Positions 26,457 to 39,367 are shown, counted from the first letter of the stretch. The stretch is 64,000 bases of DNA from Planctomycetota bacterium (GCA_947501605.1 CANMWZ010000011.1:26005-90004); one strand, 5' to 3'. A program made the numbers and translations. The notes: a model not told the origin generated them from the letters alone.

Positions 26457-27686
26457 TCAGATGCGCTCCAGGATCATCGCAATGCCCTGGCCACCGCCAA
26501 TGCACGCAGACGCGCAGCCGAGCGACTTGCCGGACTGCTCGAGTTCGCGGACCAACGTCAGCAGGAGCCGCGTACCCGTTGCCCCGAGCGGGTGACCGAG
26601 CGCAATGGCGCCACCGTTGACGTTGCACTTGTTGCGATCGAGCTTCAGCTCCTTCTCGCAACCGAGGTACTGCGCCGAGAACGCTTCGTTGATCTCGACC
26701 AGATCGAGGTCTGCGACCTTCAGGGCCGCCTTTTGGCATGCGAGCTGGATCGCAGGCACTGGTCCAAGCCCCATGACCTCCGGCGGCACGCCGGCACTGG
26801 CCCACGACCGAATCCGCACCTTGGGCTTCAGGCCAAGTTCTTTCGCCCGCGCCGCAGTCGTGACCACCAACATCGCGGCCCCGTCGACGATGCCAGAAGC
26901 GTTGCCGGCAGTGACCGTCCCCTCCTTGCCGAAGGCGGCGCGCAACGAGCGCAAGGCCTCGATGGTCGTCTCGGGCTTGATGTGGTCGTCGCTCGACACC
27001 ACGAACTCCTTCTTGCCGACCATCACCGTCAGCGGCGCGATCTCGGCACCGAACTTGCCCGCCTTGACCGCAGCGGCGCCGAGCATGTGACTGCGCAACG
27101 CGTAGTCGTCCTGCTCCTCACGAGAGATCGAGCACTTCTTGGCGACGTTCTCGGCGGTCTGGGCCATGAAGAACTTGCAGAACGGGTCGTAGAGCGCTTG
27201 GAAGAGCAGGTCCTCGATAGCTGGGGCCTGGCCGAAGCGGAAGCCTTCGCGGGCGCCGCGGATGACATGCGGCACTTGGCTCATGTTCTCCATGCCGCCC
27301 GCAAGACACAGCTTGGCTTCGCCAACCAGGATCGCGTGCACTGCACTGACCACCGACTGGATGCCCGAACCACAGAGGCGATTGACCGTCAGCGCCGGCT
27401 TGTCGATGGGGACGCCAGCCTTGAGGGCGACGTGGCGCGCGCCGTAGATGGCATCGCTGCTGCTTTGCGCGGCGTTGCCGACGAAGGTCTCATCCACCAT
27501 CTCAGCCTTGCAGCCGGTGCGCTCGAGCGCCGCCTTGGCGGCGTGAGCGGCGAGGTCGATCGCCGAGACATCCTTGAACTTGCCGAAACCGGGTGTGCCG
27601 GAATACTCCGCCATGGCGGTGCGGGCACCACCAACGATCACGAGGTCGGATTGCATCCGCAGAGCATCGAACATCGGAGCGGGCAA
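26457..27686 (-). CDS. Acetyl-CoA C-acetyltransferase (thiolase II)
   Basis: Active-site VNRLCGSGIQS, NVNGGAIALGHPLGATG, and C-terminal GCASACIGGGQGIAMILE. Confidence 0.9.
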   Translation of the reverse strand: MPAPMFDALRMQSDLVIVGGARTAMAEYSGTPGFGKFKDVSAIDLAAHAAKAALERTGCKAEMVDETFVGNAAQSSSDAIYGARHVALKAGVPIDKPALTVNRLCGSGIQSVVSAVHAILVGEAKLCLAGGMENMSQVPHVIRGAREGFRFGQAPAIEDLLFQALYDPFCKFFMAQTAENVAKKCSISREEQDDYALRSHMLGAAAVKAGKFGAEIAPLTVMVGKKEFVVSSDDHIKPETTIEALRSLRAAFGKEGTVTAGNASGIVDGAAMLVVTTAARAKELGLKPKVRIRSWASAGVPPEVMGLGPVPAIQLACQKAALKVADLDLVEINEAFSAQYLGCEKELKLDRNKCNVNGGAIALGHPLGATGTRLLLTLVRELEQSGKSLGCASACIGGGQGIAMILERI

Positions 27687-28237
27687 GGCAAGTTCGCGCC
27701 CACTCGTCAGTCACTGCAGGGACGGCCCTTCTGACGGCCCACCGAGAGCTTTCACGAGGCGAGCAGCGGGGCGAGCAGATGGCGCTGGATCTCCGCATCG
27801 GCCGTTTGCCGTTCGTCCTCGACCCGCAGGAGATCGAGCACGAGTTCCCGCTCGCGCTCCTCGAGTTCGGCCCAGACCAGGCGCAGCTCCGACGGCGCCC
27901 GCGGGCCGCGCGACCGCCGTTCCGGGTCCCAATCGCGCAGCTCCTGCTGCACCGCGCGCAGCGCCGACTGGAGGGCCAGTTGCTGACGCCGCAGGGCTGC
28001 ACGGGCACCGACCAACGTGAACAAGGACGAAGGTGAGTCGTCGGGCTGGAACACGGACGGCCTCCTCGGGCCCACCTGGGCCGCGGCAATGGCTGGCAAG
28101 AACCTCAGCGGCAGCAACCAAGTCGTCGGGACAGAGCCCAAGGACAGCTGCCACGACGCCACTAGTAACCCCGCGTGGCCAAGTTGCGAAACAGCGTCCA
28201 GCAAGCCCCCCACTTTCGCGCCGCCGTGCCGTCGGCA

Positions 28238-29020
28238 ATGATCTCGCCCATGCGAACCCTGCTGCGATCCCTGCTGGTCGCGACCCTGTGCCTTTCCAGC
28301 AGCTGCGAGACCTACAAGCGCCTCAACTTCTACAGCGAACAGGAAGAGGCCCAGCTCGGCGAACAGGCCTACTCTGAGATCCTGCAAGGCGAAGGCAAGC
28401 CCTTGATCACGAGCGGCGCGAACTACGAGATGGTGGTTCGCGTCGGACGCAAGATCGCCGCGGCCTCGGGCGCGAACTACCAGTGGGAGTTCAAGCTGAT
28501 TGACGCGCCCGATGTGCCCAACGCTTTCTGCCTTCCTGGCGGCAAGATCGCAGTCTACTCCGGCATCCTCCCGATCACGCAGAACGAGCATGCACTGGCA
28601 GCGGTCATGGGCCATGAAGTAGCCCACGCAACCGAGCACCACGGGGCGATTCGGATGAGCCAGGGCATGGTCACGCAGCTCGGGCTCACCATCGCTGCCG
28701 CCGGTGTGTCGATGGCGAAGATGAGCGACGAGCAGAAGATGGGCGTCGTCGCCGCCCTCGGCGCGGGCACCCAGGTCGGCCTCACGCTGCCGTTCAGCCG
28801 CGACCACGAACGCGACGCCGACATTGTCGGGATTCGCTTCGCCATCCGCGCTGGCTACGACCCCTGGGAGGCACCCAAGCTGTGGGAGCGCATGAACCAA
28901 CTGGGCAGCAGTGGGCCCGGTTGGCTGAGCACGCACCCCGATCCGCTCGAACGGGCGGAGAAGCTCCGCCAAGTGATTCCGCAGATCTTGGCCGAGGAAG
29001 GCAAGCTCAAGAACCCGTGA
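28238..29020 (+). CDS. M48-family zinc metallopeptidase lipoprotein (LoiP/BepA-like)
   Basis: Lipobox LVATLCLSSSC. Zinc motif HEVAHATEHH with downstream ERDADIVG. ATG at 28238 or 28250. Confidence 0.85.
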   Translation: MISPMRTLLRSLLVATLCLSSSCETYKRLNFYSEQEEAQLGEQAYSEILQGEGKPLITSGANYEMVVRVGRKIAAASGANYQWEFKLIDAPDVPNAFCLPGGKIAVYSGILPITQNEHALAAVMGHEVAHATEHHGAIRMSQGMVTQLGLTIAAAGVSMAKMSDEQKMGVVAALGAGTQVGLTLPFSRDHERDADIVGIRFAIRAGYDPWEAPKLWERMNQLGSSGPGWLSTHPDPLERAEKLRQVIPQILAEEGKLKNP

Positions 29021-29148
29021 GGCCAGGCGCCGCGCCCTGGAAGCGGCCACGCCTTGTCGTGAGGGGTCGTCGGACGCCAAACGTTCCGCGCCATGGCGGC
29101 ATCCGCCACCGGCTCGACGCGCAGCGCCAGCCCAGTCGATGAAGACCT

Positions 29149-29832
29149 GTGCGCACGACTTCTACCCGCGGCTTCACGCTCGTCGAACTGGTGATCGTGG
29201 TCGCGATCGTGGCGGTTCTCGCCACGATCGCGATCCCAAGCCTGTTGAGCGCGCGCTCCAGCGCCAACGAGAAGACCGTCATCGCCACCCTGCGTGCGAT
29301 CGTGACGGCGCAGCAGGTTGCTCGCACCAACGGGACCATCGACGTGAACGACAACGGCCAGGGCGAAGCGGCGTCGTTGGGTGAACTGGCGGGGATCGAA
29401 GTGCTGCGCGGGGATTCGAACGTCCTGCGACCCGCCGCCCTGTCGTCGGCCCTCGGCAAGCTCGACGCCAACGGCTACGCGTTCAGTCACGGGTTCTACT
29501 TCGCGCTCTACCTGCCGAATGCGACCGGCGATGGTGTGTTGGCAACGCCCGCCAACTTCGGCAGCATCAGCGCCGCGTTGGCAGAGTCGTACTGGACCTG
29601 TGTGGCGTGGCCGCGCCAGCGCTCCACCCAGGGCTACGGCACCTACTTCACCAACCAGAGTGGTGACATCCTGGTCGCCAAGGGTGCGACCTACGACGGA
29701 ACCACTTCGGTCCCGCCCGCCGGAGCCGGCTTGCTGACTGCGACCACGAACCACATCGCGGCGACCAGGTCGGCAGCTGCCGCAGCGGACGGCATCGGCG
29801 CCGACGGCAACTTCTGGCGCATCGTTCCCTGA
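29149..29832 (+). CDS. Prepilin-type N-terminal cleavage/methylation domain protein (type IV pilin / pseudopilin-like)
   Basis: GTG start. Class III signal RTTSTRG|FTLVELVIVVAIVAVLATIAIPSLL followed by SANEKTVIATLRAIVTAQ. Confidence 0.75.
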   Translation: MRTTSTRGFTLVELVIVVAIVAVLATIAIPSLLSARSSANEKTVIATLRAIVTAQQVARTNGTIDVNDNGQGEAASLGELAGIEVLRGDSNVLRPAALSSALGKLDANGYAFSHGFYFALYLPNATGDGVLATPANFGSISAALAESYWTCVAWPRQRSTQGYGTYFTNQSGDILVAKGATYDGTTSVPPAGAGLLTATTNHIAATRSAAAAADGIGADGNFWRIVP

Positions 29833-29875
29833 GCGCACTGCAACGCGAAAGCAACGCCGCCAATCGGGGCAGCGC

Positions 29876-32464
29876 CTACTCGTACCGAACGGACATCGCC
29901 GGGTCTTCCATGGCGGCTCGACGCGCTGGCACGTAGGCCGCTGCGGCGCCCACGAGCAGTCCGATGGCGGGCACCGCGATCATCCACGCCACCGGCAGCA
30001 CAACGGGGGCCTGCAAGGCCGCCACGCGATTGAGGCCTTCGATCAAAACGTGCGCCATCGGCACAGCGAGAACCAACGCCAAGCCAGCGCCGAGCCCGCC
30101 GATGACCAGCCCTTCGAGCATCAGGCTCCCGCGCAGAGTCCGCGTGCCGACACCGAGCGCGCGCAGCACGCCGAGCTCTCGCGCCCGACCGAGCGCGGCG
30201 ATGGTCATGCCGTTCAGTAGACCCGTGCCGGCAAGCAACAGGATCAGCAGCAGCAGCAAGTCGAACAGGTGAAAGTCGCGGTCGACATCCCGCAGGTGGT
30301 AGTCAAGAATCTCATCCCCGGTCTTGTAGCGCACGAGCTTCATTTCGCGGTCGCGCAGACGGCTGCCGACGACGCTCGCGTCGGCGCCCTTGCTCAGTCG
30401 CAGGGTCGTGAACTGCACGATCGATCCAGCCATGCAGAAGTCACGACGCAGCCAATCGGGCGAGGCAATCGCCCACGCCTGCTCACTGGGCACGTAGCCC
30501 GATGCGTCGCTGATGTGCAGCACCTCGTAGCTGACGGGCACCTGATTGCGATCGCGCAAGGCGACCAACGAACCCTCGCGCCATCCCATCTTCAGCGCCA
30601 ACCGCCGCGAGGCGATCAGGGTCCGGACCTTGGGATCGGTGTAGCGAAGCAGCTTGCCCTGGTGGCCTTCGAGCGCAGAGCCCTTGCTGCCCACGTGCGC
30701 CACATCGAGACCACGAAGCAGGAACGGACCGTGGACCTCGCCAACGATGGGTTCGATTGCCGCCACTCCGGGCACCGCACTCCACGCTTCGATGTCGGCG
30801 ACAGACCGTGGTGGCGTCTCGACAAACGCACGCCCCATCAGCGCGGCCGCCCCAAACTGGTGCACGTCGCCGCGCAGAGATGCAGTGATGCTCTGGAGAC
30901 CAAGGAACGCGAGCAGGACGGCCGCCAGACCCACCGTCGATGCGGCGATGCGACCGGACTGCCGCTGCACGCTCTTGCGGCAGAGCCACGTCGCCATGGG
31001 CGCGAACCACGACAAGGGCAGGAGCAGCAGACGCCCTCCGAGTGCCACCACCACCGGCGCGATCAGCAAGAGGCCGCCGACCGCCGCGACCATGCTGCCC
31101 ATTTCGAGGAGCACCCAAAGGGTCTCGCGACCCTCTTCCGCCACCAAGGGGGTCATCGCCAGATATGCGATGGGCAGCACCAAGATGAGCAGTGCAAACA
31201 GCCAGAGGTTGACGCCTTTCAACAGATCGACGTCATCGCCACCGCTACCGAGCCCGCGCTGCCGCAAGATCCACAGCGCTGGCAATTGGCGCGCGCGCCA
31301 CAACGGAAACACCGCACCCGCCAAGGTGAACACGATGCCGAGTACCGCGGTGCCGAGCATCGGCACCAGCGGCAGCTCGAACACCAGCCAAGCCTTGTCG
31401 CCACCGAGCGAGCTGATGTTGGCGTTGCGCAGCAGCGCCGCCAAGCCGACGCCGAGGCCGAGCCCGAGGCCGGCGCCCACGACCCCCAGCAGCAACGCGT
31501 CGCCGAGGAAGATCCGCCCCACTGCGCCGCGGCCGGTGCCAAGGCAGCGAAGCAAACCGAGCAGACGTACTCGAGTGACCAGCGAGTTCGACAGCGTCTG
31601 GAACACCACGAACATGCCAAGCAACAGTGCAAGACAGCCGAGCACCTTCAAGCCGTTGCGGAACGCGCGCTCGTCGGCGCCTTCCCCGAGCTGGGCCGCA
31701 CGCTCATCGGCGACCACGTAGCCCGCGCCGGCCAGTTCATTGCGGAGCCGGTCGAGATCCGCCCCGTAGACCCGCTGCAATTGAAAGAGGTCCGGCGCCG
31801 GGGACGCGATGCGGCGCACAAGGTCGTGCCCGCCGATCGCCATCTGCGCAAAGTTGCGTCGCCCGAGCCGATGCGGAGCGAGCACACCAACGATCTCCAC
31901 CTCGGCGCGCAGCAACGGCCGATCGGACTCCGGCAAGGCAACCAGTTCGCCATCGCGGCATTCGTAGTTGACGCCGCGTGCCGTCTCCTCGAGCGCGATC
32001 TTGCTCCCCGCTCCGACGCCGAGAATTCGCGCCGCCTCGGCACCGACAAGAATGGCGCGATCCCCATCCGCAGCGGTCAAGTCGCGCCCAGCGGCAATCG
32101 CATAATGATCGAAGGTGCCGGCATTCCACGGTTCGAGCCCGAACACCTGCACATCGACCGTTTCACTGCCGTGGCGCAGAGCTCCGCGCGCTTCGCGCCA
32201 CACCGTCGCCGCGGCGATGTTCGGGCGCGCGCGCAGATCGGCGAGCACCTCGGCTGCCGACTTGCCGACGACGGGCAACACCTCCAGGTCCACGGGACCG
32301 CGCTCCGGACTCTGCAGCAGAAACCGCGTCTGGATGGTGTTGTGGTCCATCACGTAGATGGCCACCACGATGGCGACGCCGAGGGCGATGCCGAGCAGCG
32401 TCAGCAGCGTGCGGAGCGGGTTAGATACCCAGCTCCTGCAGACGACGAAAGACGTGAGCGACAT
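29876..32464 (-). CDS. ABC transporter permease with two FtsX-type domains (MacB/LolE-like)
   Basis: 862 aa. N-terminal SNPLRTLLTLLGIALGVAIVVA, two large extracytoplasmic loops, two 4-TM FtsX-like modules. Confidence 0.85.
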   Translation of the reverse strand: MSLTSFVVCRSWVSNPLRTLLTLLGIALGVAIVVAIYVMDHNTIQTRFLLQSPERGPVDLEVLPVVGKSAAEVLADLRARPNIAAATVWREARGALRHGSETVDVQVFGLEPWNAGTFDHYAIAAGRDLTAADGDRAILVGAEAARILGVGAGSKIALEETARGVNYECRDGELVALPESDRPLLRAEVEIVGVLAPHRLGRRNFAQMAIGGHDLVRRIASPAPDLFQLQRVYGADLDRLRNELAGAGYVVADERAAQLGEGADERAFRNGLKVLGCLALLLGMFVVFQTLSNSLVTRVRLLGLLRCLGTGRGAVGRIFLGDALLLGVVGAGLGLGLGVGLAALLRNANISSLGGDKAWLVFELPLVPMLGTAVLGIVFTLAGAVFPLWRARQLPALWILRQRGLGSGGDDVDLLKGVNLWLFALLILVLPIAYLAMTPLVAEEGRETLWVLLEMGSMVAAVGGLLLIAPVVVALGGRLLLLPLSWFAPMATWLCRKSVQRQSGRIAASTVGLAAVLLAFLGLQSITASLRGDVHQFGAAALMGRAFVETPPRSVADIEAWSAVPGVAAIEPIVGEVHGPFLLRGLDVAHVGSKGSALEGHQGKLLRYTDPKVRTLIASRRLALKMGWREGSLVALRDRNQVPVSYEVLHISDASGYVPSEQAWAIASPDWLRRDFCMAGSIVQFTTLRLSKGADASVVGSRLRDREMKLVRYKTGDEILDYHLRDVDRDFHLFDLLLLLILLLAGTGLLNGMTIAALGRARELGVLRALGVGTRTLRGSLMLEGLVIGGLGAGLALVLAVPMAHVLIEGLNRVAALQAPVVLPVAWMIAVPAIGLLVGAAAAYVPARRAAMEDPAMSVRYE

Positions 32465-33209
32465 CGAAGGGGCCTCCCGTGAGCGACATGCCGGCGTTCA
32501 TGGCGCCGTCGTGCAAGAACAGCACGCGATCGGCAGCCGCCGCGTCGCGAGGGTTGTGCGTAACCAGCAGGATCGAGGTCCCGAGCTGCTTCCGCACCGT
32601 GGACAACAACTGCACGACCTCTTCGCCGTGCTTGCTCGACAGATTGCCGGTGGGCTCGTCCGCGAGCAGCAACGGCGGCTCGGCTGCCAGCGCGCGCGCG
32701 ATGCTCACCCGCTGCATCTCACCGCCCGACAAGGCCTGCGGGTAGCGTTCGGCCAGCTTCCCGATCGACAGCATTTCGAGCACTGCGAGGATTCGCTCGC
32801 GATGGCGCTTCTGGCTCTGACCGAGAATGCGCAGGGGCAGCGTGACGTTTTCCCACACCGTGAGGTCGGGCAGCAGGTGGAAGAACTGGAAGATGAAGCC
32901 GATCTTGCTGCGGCGCACCGCCGCCAGGCGCTCTTCGTCACAGTCACCCAGTCGTTCGCCGGCGAGAAAGACATCGCCCGCCGACGGTTGCTCCAGGCCC
33001 GCGAGCAAGTGCAACAGCGTGGACTTGCCTGAACCTGACGGCCCCATGATCGACACGAACTCGCCCGGTTCGAGTCGAAACGAAACGTCGCGCACGATCG
33101 GAACCTGCTGGCGATCCACGGTGCGGAAGCGATAGACGTTGCGCGCCTCGAGAACCGCCGCCTGCTCGGTCCCTGGAGCGGCTGCCGCACTACCAGTGGT
33201 GCTGGACAT
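32421..33209 (-). CDS. ABC transporter ATP-binding protein (MacB/LolD-like)
   Basis: Walker A GPSGSGKST, signature LSGGEMQR, Walker B LLLADEPTGNL. Overlaps the permease gene by 44 nt. Confidence 0.9.
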   Translation of the reverse strand: MSSTTGSAAAAPGTEQAAVLEARNVYRFRTVDRQQVPIVRDVSFRLEPGEFVSIMGPSGSGKSTLLHLLAGLEQPSAGDVFLAGERLGDCDEERLAAVRRSKIGFIFQFFHLLPDLTVWENVTLPLRILGQSQKRHRERILAVLEMLSIGKLAERYPQALSGGEMQRVSIARALAAEPPLLLADEPTGNLSSKHGEEVVQLLSTVRKQLGTSILLVTHNPRDAAAADRVLFLHDGAMNAGMSLTGGPFDVAHVFRRLQELGI

Positions 33210-33262
33210 GCGGCCTGATCATGCCGAGCCCAGTGGCAACGGCATCCGCATTCCGGCAAATG

Positions 33263-34116
33263 TCACGCTTCGCCGCTCGAGGACGAGCCGTGCTCCGGCT
33301 CGCGGACGAACACGTTGCGGGCGTAGAGCAACGAGAACTGCAGCGCCTGGACGTTCTGCTGCGACTTCGACCCTGGCTGCGTGGTGACGACGCCGACATC
33401 ACAACCGGCGGCCGCCGCATGGCGGAGTCGATGGCGCAGCAAAGCCGACTGCACGCCGCGGCGGCGCTGCGACGGCAACGTCGCCGCGCCGCACAACTGC
33501 GCGATGCCCGTGTCGATGCGCATCGAGGCCGCCCCGGCTGGCTCGCCATTGCGCCGGGCCAAGAACAGGGTGACGCCGCGAGCCGTGGCGAAATCACGAA
33601 CGACCCGCTCGACCACCGCCGCGTCGAAGCTCTCAGGAACACCGGCACCTCCTGCATCGGCAGCACCAAAGCCACTGACCATGACGTCGAGCCACTGCTG
33701 CAGCCGTTCCGAAGCGACGACCTCGATGGCGATGTCGGGAGCTCCCGGGGCAGGAGGGGACGCAAGCGAACTGCCCGACACGTTCTCGACGCCGACGAGC
33801 CGATAGCCGCGCGCACACAAGAAGGTGGCGAGTTGTGGATCCGCGAGCGTGCTGAGTTCCACCTGAATCGGCGCTCCGCGGCGCGCATGCTCGAGCTCGA
33901 CGGCCGTCCACGCCTCTGCTGCCAACGCTGCGAACCCGAGGCCTGCGACCTTGTTGAGTGGCGAGCCGGCTTCGGTGAACGCTGCAACGCCGCCGCCGAC
34001 TTCGATCACAGAGGCATCCGCCACGCGCCTCGTGACACTGGCCGCGGCCTCGGCGACGAGGCGAGCCTCCGCGGCCTCGATGCGGGCAGCGAGTGCGACA
34101 TCACAGAACATCGACG

Positions 34117-34120
<4 letters not shown>
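33263..34120 (-). CDS. GNAT-family N-acetyltransferase
   Basis: Acetyl-CoA motif TLPSQRRRGVQSALLRHRL. GTG at 34120 overlaps the ileS TGA (GTGA); ATG at 34111 is an alternative start. Confidence 0.7.
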
Positions 34121-37278
<3,158 letters not shown>

Positions 37279-37357
37279 GGGAGGAACAGTGTGGCGGTGC
37301 GCAGTGGCCCACGCAAATGCCGCCTGCTGGCGGCGGGAACGAAGCGGCCCCCTTGCT

Positions 37358-38387
37358 ATGCTCGAACTCAACATGCTCGGGTCCTCACGTCTTGCTTCGT
37401 TCGCGCTGGTTGCATGCGTCTCGGTCGCCGCTGCGGCACACGAAGCGACGATCCTGAAGGACCTCGCGCGCGCCGAACTGGCGCTCACCGAACGCCGCGC
37501 CGAAGACGCTGCGCTGGCGGTTGCAGACGCCACGCGGCGCGTGCGAGCCATGCCCGAGTCGGACATTCGCGCCGAACTCGAGCAGCGGGTTTTGGCGCTG
37601 CGCGACAAGGCCGACCCGGTCGGCAAGAGCTGCGATGCCGCGTGTACGGAAGCCGCCACAGCGCTGCTCCACGCCGCGCTGGCCTACGAGGACCGCGGCT
37701 GGCTGCGGTCCGCCAAGGCACTGCTGCTGCGCGCGGCCGCGATCGCGCCAACGGTCGTCAGCGAGGCGCTGCAGCGCGTACGCGAACGACAGGGCCAGGC
37801 GGCGGCCGCCACCAGCGACGCCAGTCACATGGCATGGCTCGGCGACGGCGAGGTCGTCGACGGCCCTTCCCCGTGGCTCGTGACCGCTGCTGGCGTCACC
37901 CCCGACGTCGCGCGAACCAGTCGGCATTTACCTCGCCGCCCATCGCGTCCGCAGTCACCGTATCCGCATCGACGGCGAGGTCACGCCGAGCATGGACTAC
38001 GGCCGCGGCTTCGTATTCGCCTACCGCCACTCCCAGGACTTCCACCTCGCCCTGGTGAAGCCCAGCGGAAGTCGCCAGTTCGCCCGCATCTTGCGCGCTG
38101 GCAACGGCACCTACACCACCCTCGCGGAGGATTGGCTGCCGTCATTGCCGGCCCCGGTTGTGGGCGCCACGCCGCCGGACGCCTCGACTCCGGCTCCGAC
38201 CCAGTCGCTCCACCTCGCGGTCGATGGCGCCGCGATCGAGTTCCGGATCGGCACCGTGACGCTGAAGGCAACTGCAACCGAACCGCTGCCAGATGGATTC
38301 CTCGGCCTGCAGGTCGAGCACACCGGCAAAGACGGAACCGCGCCTCGCTTCACCGGGCTCGCGTTCGAAGCGGAGATGCGGCGATGA
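37358..38387 (+). pseudogene. Secreted helical + beta-sandwich (DUF1080/LamG-like?) protein, copy A, interrupted by a 1-nt frameshift
   Basis: The N-terminal part is in the frame of ORF 37277.. (signal MLGSSRLASFALVACVSVAAAAHE ... AWLGDGEVVDGPSPWLVTAAGVTP). The C-terminal part is in the frame of ORF 37992..38387, which is open from 37884 (..TSREPVGIYLAAHRVRSHRIRIDGEV..). Both parts are colinear with copy B. The TGA at 38385-38387 overlaps the copy B ATG. Confidence 0.55.
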
Positions 38388-39367
38388 GTCGCGGCTCCCT
38401 GCGCCTACTCGGACTGGCCGGGCTCTTGCTCGCCGTGGCACCGGCGGTCCTCGCGCAAGAAGACGCGGTGCTGAAGAGTCTGACCGAAGCGAAGAAGCTC
38501 CAAGGGGAAGGTCGCACGGAAGACGCCGCCATCGCCCTTCGCACCGGGCGAGTGCAGTTGCGCAGCGTCGCCGATGCTGCGGTGCAGCGCAGCCTGCAGA
38601 AGTCGATCGACACGTTGCTTGCGGAGGTCGACACCCTCGCGGTCGAGGCGGGGAAAGCCGAAGAGGTCGCGGCTCGTGCTCTGCTCAAGGCCGCGCAGAA
38701 CTACTTGCGGCGCAAATGGACAAGGGCAGCGCTTCCACTACTCGAGCTGGCGGCCGAACTGAGCGACAAGATCGCCGGCAAAGCCCTGCAGCAGGCAGGC
38801 GTCAGCGACCAACCAGCAACCAACGCTGTCGCCACGTGGTTTGGCGACGGCATGAGCTTCTGCGGCGGCGGCTATTGGACGGTCGACAAGGGCACGCTGA
38901 AGAGCCCGCAGCTCAAGTCCGATTCGATCGGGTTTCGTTCGAAGAAGACCACGAGTGGCCCTGTGCGCATCGAGATGGAAGCGTTGGCGACGGCGCAGCC
39001 GTGCAAGCTCGCACTGGTGTTCGCTCTCGACGCGAGTACCGACGGCGACGACTACTACATCCTGGAGTTGCGTCACGAGCGCGGCTTCTCGCAGCTGCGC
39101 TTGCTGCACAACGATGGCACCGCGAACCGCCTCGACGAGATCTTGACGCAACCGCTGACCATGAGCCGAGCGGAGCGAACGACGTGGACGACGCTGTGGG
39201 CCGAGCTTCGTGGCGATCGCATCCGGATCGGCATCGGCGATATCGAGAGCGCTGAATCGAAGGCAGTCACAAAGGACCTCGACGGCTGCATCGGGGTGTT
39301 CGTATCGGGCGACAGTTCGTTCAAAGCACCCGTGCAGTTCCGCAACCTCCGCGTCGACGGTCTCTGA
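38384..39367 (+). CDS. Secreted helical + beta-sandwich (DUF1080/LamG-like?) protein, copy B (intact)
   Basis: Signal peptide MSRGSLRLLGLAGLLLAVAPAVLAQE, then a helical N-terminal half, then WFGDGMSFCGGGYWTVDKGTLKSP...VQFRNLRVDGL. The family name is a guess from the W-x-G/W-x-V-x-x-G-x-L pattern. Confidence 0.7.
   Translation: MSRGSLRLLGLAGLLLAVAPAVLAQEDAVLKSLTEAKKLQGEGRTEDAAIALRTGRVQLRSVADAAVQRSLQKSIDTLLAEVDTLAVEAGKAEEVAARALLKAAQNYLRRKWTRAALPLLELAAELSDKIAGKALQQAGVSDQPATNAVATWFGDGMSFCGGGYWTVDKGTLKSPQLKSDSIGFRSKKTTSGPVRIEMEALATAQPCKLALVFALDASTDGDDYYILELRHERGFSQLRLLHNDGTANRLDEILTQPLTMSRAERTTWTTLWAELRGDRIRIGIGDIESAESKAVTKDLDGCIGVFVSGDSSFKAPVQFRNLRVDGL

Noticed and set aside
27752-29080. 442-aa minus-strand ORF
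   Set aside because: Most of it is antisense to the M48 peptidase gene (HEVAH, lipobox). The residual 27752..28054 (GTG start, coiled-coil-like ..LRAVQQELRDWDPERR..VWAELEERERELVLDLLRVEDERQ..) could be a real small gene upstream of the thiolase. However, the antisense plus-strand frame (27779..28036) has an equally good codon-position GC pattern in my sample, so I could not assign a strand and did not list it as a feature.
30269-32482. 737-aa plus-strand ORF
   Set aside because: Antisense to the FtsX-type permease gene. The product is Arg/Gln/His-rich with no TM segments or motifs.
37279-37659. N-terminal extension of ileS, with similar extensions at 2625..2831, 10394..10579, 45400..45639, 48083..48220 and 48954..49193
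   Set aside because: The conserved N-termini or signal peptides begin at internal Met codons. The upstream codons are low-complexity and often overlap neighbouring genes or divergent promoters.
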